A stretch of 64,000 nucleotides of DNA from Akkermansiaceae bacterium (GTDB lineage: Bacteria > Verrucomicrobiota > Verrucomicrobiia > Verrucomicrobiales > Akkermansiaceae), in the NCBI GenBank assembly GCA_051251915.1, contig JBPOGF010000004.1, positions 128,001 to 192,000 on the forward strand, in the 5' to 3' direction. Position numbers and translations under genes: made by a program. Below the pieces are notes generated by a model that did no database searches, was not told the origin of the DNA, and saw only the letters and a list, made by a program, of their open reading frames with translations. Positions 57,553 to 64,000 of this stretch are shown piece by piece (within the stretch, counting starts at the first letter, position 1; every line of letters begins with the position of its first letter).

Positions 57553-58119
57553 TTATTTCCCTAAAGTTCTATGCAATCTGGGTAGACTAACGCCTTTGAC
57601 ATAGGGGTCATTAGGATTCTTCTTGGCGTAATCTTGGTGGTAGCTTTCGGCTAACCAAAATTTTACTAACGGGACGATCTCTACTTCTATTTTCTTACCC
57701 AGCTTTTTAGCAAGTGCTGCTTTAGATATTTCCATTACTTTTTTCTCGTCATTGTCTCGATAGAAAAGAACTGGCCGATATTGCTTTCCGAAATCTGGGG
57801 CGACACCTTTTCCATTGGTGGGATCAAAACTCTTCCAATAAACAGCTAGTAGAGATTCCAGGTTCACTTTAGTGGAATCGTAGGTCAATTCCACTGCTTC
57901 GGTGTGGCCGGTAGCACCAGAGCTAACTTGTTTGTATGTTGGGTTTTGTTCTTCACCGCCGGAGTAGCCAGATTCAGCTTCTTTGACTCCTGGGACGCGT
58001 TCATAAATTTCTTCTACGCACCAGAAGCATCCAGCAGCGAGAGTCAACTTTTTCTCTGCAGCCTGCGCGACGTTTCCTAATATCGCAGCTAGACCAATGG
58101 TTAATATTATTTTTTTCAT
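57553..58119 (-). CDS. msrA: Peptide-methionine (S)-S-oxide reductase, exported
   Basis: AAGCFWCVE, GYSGG, TGHTEAV, AESYHQDY. Confidence 0.95.
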   Translation of the reverse strand: MKKIILTIGLAAILGNVAQAAEKKLTLAAGCFWCVEEIYERVPGVKEAESGYSGGEEQNPTYKQVSSGATGHTEAVELTYDSTKVNLESLLAVYWKSFDPTNGKGVAPDFGKQYRPVLFYRDNDEKKVMEISKAALAKKLGKKIEVEIVPLVKFWLAESYHQDYAKKNPNDPYVKGVSLPRLHRTLGK

Positions 58120-58649
58120 TATTTTTTATCCTTTCCTTTAAATTCTTCAGCAAGTTCTGCGAATCCTTCTTTCTTAAGATCTGCTGCTGGAATGAATCTG
58201 AGAGCAGCGGAATTAAGACAATATCTGAGGCCTGTGGGTGCTGGTCCATCGTCAAATAGATGGCCGAGGTGGGAATCTCCCTTAACTCCACGTACTTCAG
58301 TTCTGACCATGCCTGCTGACTTATCAACTACTTCTGCCACAGTGTTTTTATTTAGTGGTTTAGTAAAGCTTGGCCATCCAGTGCCTGATTTGAACTTATC
58401 TTTTGAGCTAAAGAGTGGGTCTCCTGAGATGACGCAGACGTATATGCCTGGGGCCTTATTATCCCAATACGCATTTTTAAAGGGTGGTTCAGTGCCGTTT
58501 TTCTTGGTCACTTCATATTGTAGAGGGGTTAGCTGCTCTTTCAGAGCTTTGTTTTCCTCACTGACTTCACTGCAAGCCACAGACAATAAGCCTAAACTTA
58601 AGGCTAGGACTGGCCACACTGTATTTCTAATTCGGTTTTTTAATCGCAT
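58119..58649 (-). CDS. msrB: Peptide-methionine (R)-S-oxide reductase, lipoprotein
   Basis: [30 protein letters not shown]. Confidence 0.95.
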   Translation of the reverse strand: MRLKNRIRNTVWPVLALSLGLLSVACSEVSEENKALKEQLTPLQYEVTKKNGTEPPFKNAYWDNKAPGIYVCVISGDPLFSSKDKFKSGTGWPSFTKPLNKNTVAEVVDKSAGMVRTEVRGVKGDSHLGHLFDDGPAPTGLRYCLNSAALRFIPAADLKKEGFAELAEEFKGKDKK

Positions 58650-58799
58650 AACGTAAAGTAAGATGTACTAGATTCCTAATTTATTCCCTTCTTAATCAAT
58701 CACAACTGTTATTTTGCGCTAATCTTTGTGGGATTCGCGACATTAGCCGATGCATTTATGAAGGACGGGGCGGATCTTGGACGTGCTACTTACTTTGAG

Positions 58800-59264
58800 T
58801 TACGAGTGGAGGTGGATGGTTTTTACTTTTCGGGTGGTAGCTTTTCCTTCGTTCTCATCGCTAGATTCTTCTAGATAAACGTTGAGATGATCTTGCTCTT
58901 GCTTGACGTAGAAGTTTGCTGAGCTTACGTGCCATTCGAAGTTGTAACCGGATATTGATTGGTAGCTTTTTATGTCTTCTGGAGAGTGTGGTTGGTAGTC
59001 TGATTTTTGCTTTAGACTATATACTTCATCGTCGATCAGGTAAGTTTCACCATTTACGATGAGTGATACTTGATGGACGAGTGACATGTCATCAAAGTCT
59101 TTGCTCTCGATCAGCCAGTTGACAACGAGTGGGGTGGTAGCTTGGGTTACTTTTTTTGCAGGCTTGGATTGTAGGCTACTGCTTGGCTTGATATTTTCAT
59201 TAGTACATGAAAGAAAGCTGAAGCTAATAAGGCTGGTAGTGATAGTTAATAATAGTGGTTTCAT
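58800..59264 (-). CDS. Hypothetical lipoprotein
   Basis: Lipobox FLSC; downstream of polA. Confidence 0.65.
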   Translation of the reverse strand: MKPLLLTITTSLISFSFLSCTNENIKPSSSLQSKPAKKVTQATTPLVVNWLIESKDFDDMSLVHQVSLIVNGETYLIDDEVYSLKQKSDYQPHSPEDIKSYQSISGYNFEWHVSSANFYVKQEQDHLNVYLEESSDENEGKATTRKVKTIHLHS

Positions 59265-59274
59265 AATGGTTTTA

Positions 59275-62133
59275 TTAGTGGGCTTGGAGCCAGTTGTCTC
59301 CGGTACCGGTGTCGACTTTGACTGGGACGCCGTTGGGGAGTTCTAGGGCTGATTCCATGGCTTGTTTGATGAGTGGGATGAGTTCTTGTTGTTCTGATTT
59401 ATGGAGGTCGAAGATGAGTTCATCGTGGACTTGGAGGAGCATTTTGGTTTTGTAGTTTCCTTGTGTTAGGAGTGCATCTACTTTGATCATGGCGTATTTG
59501 ATCATGTCTGCGGCGGTGCCTTGGATGGGGGTGTTGATGGCGGCGCGGGCGGCGTTGTTACGCTGCATGGCGTTGCGGGAGTTGATGTCTTTGATGATGC
59601 GTTTCCTGCCTGTGAGTGTTTCTGTGTAGCCTTGTTCGGTGGTTTTTTCGATGGTGTTGTCCATGAAGTCTTTGATGGCTGGGTATTTTTCGAAGTAGGT
59701 GTCGATGATTTCTCCGGCTTCTGAGCGTGGGATGCCGAGGCGTTGTGAGAGGCCGAATGCGGAGATGCCGTAGATGATGCCGAAGTTTACCATTTTGGCA
59801 TTCCGGCGCATGTCTGAGGTGACGTCTTCTAGTGGGACATCGTAGACATTGGCTGCGGTGGCGGTGTGGATGTCTAAGTCTTTTTTAAAGGCGTCTATCA
59901 TGGGGGCGTCATTTGCCATGGCGGCCATGACGCGGAGTTCTACTTGAGAGTAATCTACGGCGAGTAGGGTGTAGTCTGGGCTGCGTGGGACGAATGCTTT
60001 TCTGATTTCTCTGCCTGCTTCTGAGCGGACGGGGATGTTCTGGAGGTTGGGGTCTGATGAGGCGATTCTGCCGGTGGCGGTCATTAGCTGGTGTAGCTGG
60101 GTATGGATGCGCTGGTCTGATGGGCAGAGGTGGGTGGGGAGTGCGTCAACGTAGGTGGATTTGAGTTTTGAGGCTTCGCGGTATTCGAGGATGTTGGCTA
60201 CGATTTTGTGTTGTGATGCGAGTGATGAGAGTGTGGATTCGTCGGTTTTGAATTGGCCGGTTTTGGTTTTCTTTGGTTTCTCAACTAGTTGCATTTCTGA
60301 GAAGAGGATTTCTCCTAGTTGCTTGGGTGAGTTGAGGTTGAATTCTTTTCCTGCTTGTTGGTAGATGTCTGTTGTTAGGGTGGCTATTTTAGCGGCGAGG
60401 ACTTTGCTTATTTCTGAGAGTGCGGTGGTATCTACTGAGATGCCTTCGTTTTCTATGCGGGTGATGACGGGGAGGAGGGGGGATTCTATTTCGTAGAACG
60501 TTTCACTTTGGTCTGCTTGGTCTAGTTTCTCAGCGAGGAGTTCTGCGAGCTGGAAGGTGATGTCTGCGTCTTCGCATGCGTAGTCTGTGAGTGCGCTTGG
60601 CGGGATGCTGAACATGTCGATTTGTTTGCCCTTTTTCTTGGCTGGAGCTTTCTTTTTAGGGGCTACGCTTTCGGCCATAGCGAAGAGGTCGTCTGCTATT
60701 TCTGAAGCGGGTGTTTCTTCTGGGTCTTTCTGGTGGGCTTCTGCTACGTCTGCTAGCTTGATGGTGGTGTAGCCGAGGAATCTTTCTGCGAGGTAGTCCA
60801 TTCCGTGTCGTTGGTCTGGCTCGGCGAGGGAGTGGGCTAGCATGGTGTCGAAGTATGGGCCGTTGATGGGGATGTCTTGGGCTAGGAGGACTGAGAGGTC
60901 ATATTTGAGGTTGTGGCCAATTTTGGTGGCTTTGGAGGTGAAGATGGGGGTAAGGTTTTCTACTATTTCTGGGAGTGAAAGCTTGGTTGTGGGGGTGACG
61001 AAGTAGGCTTCGTTTTTCTTCCAGCTGATGGCGAATCCTAGGATCTTGGCGATGCGGGGGTTAAGGGATGTTGTTTCTAAGTCGAAGCAGAATAGGTCTG
61101 TTTTGCTGAGGCTGGAGGTAAGTTTTTTGAGAGCGGCGGGTGAGTCAACGAGGGTGTATTTTGGCTTGATGTCATTGAGCGATTTTAGCTCTGCGTGGAC
61201 TAGGTCATTGCTATCTGTTGTGGTGGTGTGGCCTCTGCCGGAGTTATAGTCATTGCCATAGAGGCGTTTTCCTAGTGAGTTGAATTCGAATTCTGTGAAG
61301 AGGCTTTGGATGGCTTCGTCGTTGCGATTATTGATTTCTAATTCATCGAATGTGGTGGTGACTGGGACATCTAGGATGATGGTGACGAGCTCTTTGGAGA
61401 GCATGGCTTGCTCTTTGTTGTTCTCGACGTTTTCTTTCTGTTTGCCTTTGAGTTGATCTGTGGACTCTAACAGTTTCTCGATAGAGCCGAATTGTTTGAT
61501 GAGTTTTTTGGCGGTTTTCTCTCCGATGCCTGGGACTCCAGGGATGTTGTCTGCGGCGTCTCCCCAGAGGCCGAGGATGTCGATGACTTGGGAGACGCGT
61601 TCGATTTCCCATTGTTCGAGGATTTTAGGGACGTCTAGGAGTTCGACGTCTGAGCCTTTGCGTCCGGGTTTCCACATGGTGGTGGTGGGGCTGACGAGCT
61701 GGGCGAAGTCTTTGTCTGGGGTGACCATGAAGGTGTGGAATGATCCTTCATCGTCTGCTTGCTTTGCCATGGTGCCGATGATGTCATCTGCCTCGAAGCC
61801 TGGGATCTCGATGACTGGGATGTTAAAGGCATTTAGGATGCGCTTTACTTGTGGGATGGCGGCGGCGAGGTCTTCTGGCATGGCGTCTCGCTGGGCTTTG
61901 TAGGCTGGGAAGATTTGGTGTCTAGGGGTTGGTTCTTTGGTGTCGAATGCTACGCCGAGGTGGGTGGGGGCGTGGTTGTCGATGATTTCGAGCATGGTGT
62001 TGATGAATCCAAAGATAGCTGAGGTGTTGATGCCTTTGCTATTCATGATGGGATTTCTGATAAGAGCGAAATGTGCGCGGTAAACGAGTGCCATGCCATC
62101 GAGCAAGAAGAGGCGTTTTGTGGTTTCAGACAT
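59275..62133 (-). CDS. polA: DNA polymerase I
   Basis: 5'-3' exonuclease (LLDG, EADD, GDAADNIPGV), 3'-5' exonuclease (FDLET), polymerase motifs DYSQVELR, KMVNFGIIYG, VHDEL. Confidence 0.98.
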   Translation of the reverse strand: MSETTKRLFLLDGMALVYRAHFALIRNPIMNSKGINTSAIFGFINTMLEIIDNHAPTHLGVAFDTKEPTPRHQIFPAYKAQRDAMPEDLAAAIPQVKRILNAFNIPVIEIPGFEADDIIGTMAKQADDEGSFHTFMVTPDKDFAQLVSPTTTMWKPGRKGSDVELLDVPKILEQWEIERVSQVIDILGLWGDAADNIPGVPGIGEKTAKKLIKQFGSIEKLLESTDQLKGKQKENVENNKEQAMLSKELVTIILDVPVTTTFDELEINNRNDEAIQSLFTEFEFNSLGKRLYGNDYNSGRGHTTTTDSNDLVHAELKSLNDIKPKYTLVDSPAALKKLTSSLSKTDLFCFDLETTSLNPRIAKILGFAISWKKNEAYFVTPTTKLSLPEIVENLTPIFTSKATKIGHNLKYDLSVLLAQDIPINGPYFDTMLAHSLAEPDQRHGMDYLAERFLGYTTIKLADVAEAHQKDPEETPASEIADDLFAMAESVAPKKKAPAKKKGKQIDMFSIPPSALTDYACEDADITFQLAELLAEKLDQADQSETFYEIESPLLPVITRIENEGISVDTTALSEISKVLAAKIATLTTDIYQQAGKEFNLNSPKQLGEILFSEMQLVEKPKKTKTGQFKTDESTLSSLASQHKIVANILEYREASKLKSTYVDALPTHLCPSDQRIHTQLHQLMTATGRIASSDPNLQNIPVRSEAGREIRKAFVPRSPDYTLLAVDYSQVELRVMAAMANDAPMIDAFKKDLDIHTATAANVYDVPLEDVTSDMRRNAKMVNFGIIYGISAFGLSQRLGIPRSEAGEIIDTYFEKYPAIKDFMDNTIEKTTEQGYTETLTGRKRIIKDINSRNAMQRNNAARAAINTPIQGTAADMIKYAMIKVDALLTQGNYKTKMLLQVHDELIFDLHKSEQQELIPLIKQAMESALELPNGVPVKVDTGTGDNWLQAH

Positions 62134-62233
62134 GTGTGGAGTGTGCGTCTAAAGGCTGGTCTTGGTCAATGGTAGAATGGGGTTGTGGCTGATGTCTCTT
62201 GTCAGGGAGGATTTACTCACCTATTCTGTTGTT

Positions 62234-62815
62234 ATGAAATTATGCATACCTCAAACATCATTGAAAGTTTTTGTTCTTGCGTCACTTTTCTCACTTCCTT
62301 TAGTAGCGGAGGAGGTAGCTCGTGAAATTCAGGAGCTTTCTGAGGAAAATATACGTAGTGGAGTAGAGGGGAGAAAGCTTTGGGGTAAGGAAAAGAAGGC
62401 TGCTGAACCTGGTTATGTATGTGTGAGGGCGAGTGGTGTTGCGTGGATTTATAAGCATCCGCCTCATACAGGGAGTGGACATGGGGATGGTATTGCCTCT
62501 TCTAAGCTCAGCGGGCTTGTGGTTGATTCAGGGTTTAAGACTTTGAAGGATGTTAAATTTGTTGAGAAGCCAACTAGGCAATTTAGTGGCCCTGATAAAG
62601 AAGAGGAGCGAGCGATAACGAAGAAAGACGGACGGTTTTCATTTGTTGTGTCGGTGGGTGCAGCGATTACGATGGGGGAGGGTTTTGGAGGTGATGTGTA
62701 TCAATCTGGATTTAAGACATTCGTGGTGAGTTGTGAGGGATATCAAACCTTAGAAGTAACGGTGGGTTTTGGTTGTCCAGGTCTCTTCATTCAGATGACT
62801 AAGGAGCATCCTTAG
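62234..62815 (+). CDS. Hypothetical exported protein
   Basis: ATG at 62234 follows TTGTCA-N17-TATTCT; signal-like N-terminus. Confidence 0.6.
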   Translation: MKLCIPQTSLKVFVLASLFSLPLVAEEVAREIQELSEENIRSGVEGRKLWGKEKKAAEPGYVCVRASGVAWIYKHPPHTGSGHGDGIASSKLSGLVVDSGFKTLKDVKFVEKPTRQFSGPDKEEERAITKKDGRFSFVVSVGAAITMGEGFGGDVYQSGFKTFVVSCEGYQTLEVTVGFGCPGLFIQMTKEHP

Positions 62816-62905
62816 GATGCGAGGTTAGGCAGTAGGTTGAGCCACGGTATTTAATTTGCGATTTGGCTGGTCAAATGGGGGGTAAATGTTGTTTCTATAT
62901 ATATT

Positions 62906-63523
62906 ATGAATTCAGCCAGCTTTTTACTTTGTATCGTGTTTGCCGCCATTGGGTATGTGATCCATCCTATGATTTTGCCCAAATTGGTAGATTCTGGTAT
63001 CGTTTCTGAGTCTGTATTGAGCGATAGCTATAAGAAGAAGGGTGCTGATAAGAAAACTACTGATGAGGAGCCTGAGCTAATGGGAGAAGATACTGAGGCA
63101 GAGCCTGTGGAGCCAAGTGCTCCGGATATGGAGCCTGAACCAGAGGAGGAGGCACCAGCTCCTGAGCCAGCGCCAATGCCTGCACCTGTTCCTACACCAG
63201 CACCAATTCCTGCGCCAGTGCCAACACCTGCTCCAGTAACTGAGCAGCCAGCTGCGACGGGTAAGTTGACTGATGCTGAATTTGCTGCTGTTCTTAAGAA
63301 TTCAGTTTCACTGGGAGAAGTGAATGAGTTTAAGATTGATCAGGTTGCGGACTGGAAGCGCACTGGTGAAGAAGTAGTGGCAGGCGAAACCTACGATGTA
63401 GGTTTGGTGACTTATAATGCTAAGACAATTTTTGGAGAAGAGAAGCTACAAGCTAAAGCGCTAGTCAAAGGTGGTAAGGTAGTGAAGTGGCTCTGGCCAA
63501 CTACGAACACTGAGATGAGGTAG
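62906..63523 (+). CDS. Membrane-anchored hypothetical protein with a Pro/Ala/Glu-rich linker
   Basis: N-terminal TM segment and PAP(V/I/M)P repeats. Confidence 0.75.
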   Translation: MNSASFLLCIVFAAIGYVIHPMILPKLVDSGIVSESVLSDSYKKKGADKKTTDEEPELMGEDTEAEPVEPSAPDMEPEPEEEAPAPEPAPMPAPVPTPAPIPAPVPTPAPVTEQPAATGKLTDAEFAAVLKNSVSLGEVNEFKIDQVADWKRTGEEVVAGETYDVGLVTYNAKTIFGEEKLQAKALVKGGKVVKWLWPTTNTEMR

Positions 63524-63703
63524 TGGTTTTAGTGATCGGGAGGCTTGTAGCATCTAGGTATTGATTAGAGTGGCTTAGTAGGAATGAGATTAAGCTCTAT
63601 CTGGGACTATTTGTGTTAGGATGGATAGAGGTTTACGCATGACGCTTTGCTCGGCGATCAAACCCTGCCAATCTTAATCTTGCTCGTTGAGCTAATTCCA
63701 GCT

Positions 63704-64000
63704 TTACTCGATACTTTTCTTTCTGAAGATGTTGAGGTAAGGGGTGAGGATGGCTTTGAGGAGTTTGTAGGTGAGGAAGAGTAGGCCGAAGGCTAGGATG
63801 ACGGTGAGAACTACGATGGCGATGATGCCCCAGAGTGGGATGCTCCATTTACTCTTGAGGAATCTTAGCTTTGGATTTGATAGTAGGCCTACGACTTTGA
63901 AGGTGAGGCGCTGACGTAGTGATAGGCCTGGGATCTTGGATAGATCTGGCATGCCGTTTTTTCCAAACATGGCGGATAGGTCTGGCATGCCGTCCATGCC
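63704..64000 (-). CDS. Hypothetical membrane protein, 5' end outside the window
   Basis: GMPDLS repeats and a hydrophobic C-terminal segment. Confidence 0.55.
   Translation of the reverse strand, partial: GMDGMPDLSAMFGKNGMPDLSKIPGLSLRQRLTFKVVGLLSNPKLRFLKSKWSIPLWGIIAIVVLTVILAFGLLFLTYKLLKAILTPYLNIFRKKSIE

Noticed and set aside
57553..58649. Selenocysteine forms of MsrA/MsrB
   Set aside because: Catalytic positions are ordinary Cys codons with no in-frame TGA.

Overview
Bacterial chromosomal segment, most likely a marine Verrucomicrobiota (PVC). Inferred from a PEP-CTERM protein, three Cys-type sulfatases, FGE-like pairs, a Tat-exported Gfo/Idh/MocA protein, DUF1080 and a long acidic FtsZ. The + strand is strongly G/T-skewed. 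Contents, left to right: a type I restriction-modification locus (hsdR, kinase-like gene, hsdM, hsdS, AAA ATPase); tkt; SNase-HhH; a truncated DUF1080; a PDZ protein; Hsp33 and two sigma54-driven Hsp20 genes; rtcB with a strongly structured upstream RNA; a large FG-GAP/ASPIC-UnbV-thioredoxin-TPR gene; sulfatases; a Gfo-FGE-FGE-ApbE-S8 operon; a desaturase; two cysK-like genes; Zn- and Fe-type outer-membrane receptors; ftsZ, ilvA, hemE-hemG, pepA; transglutaminase-like pair; msrBA; polA. Top signals: (1) an in-frame TGA followed by an fdhF-like SECIS hairpin joins two ORFs into a candidate 1262-aa selenoprotein; (2) a multi-stem ncRNA-like element lies upstream of rtcB; (3) a kinase-like gene and an ATPase are embedded in the hsd locus; (4) hemG apparently starts at ATC. 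All family calls come from motif recognition, not database searches.
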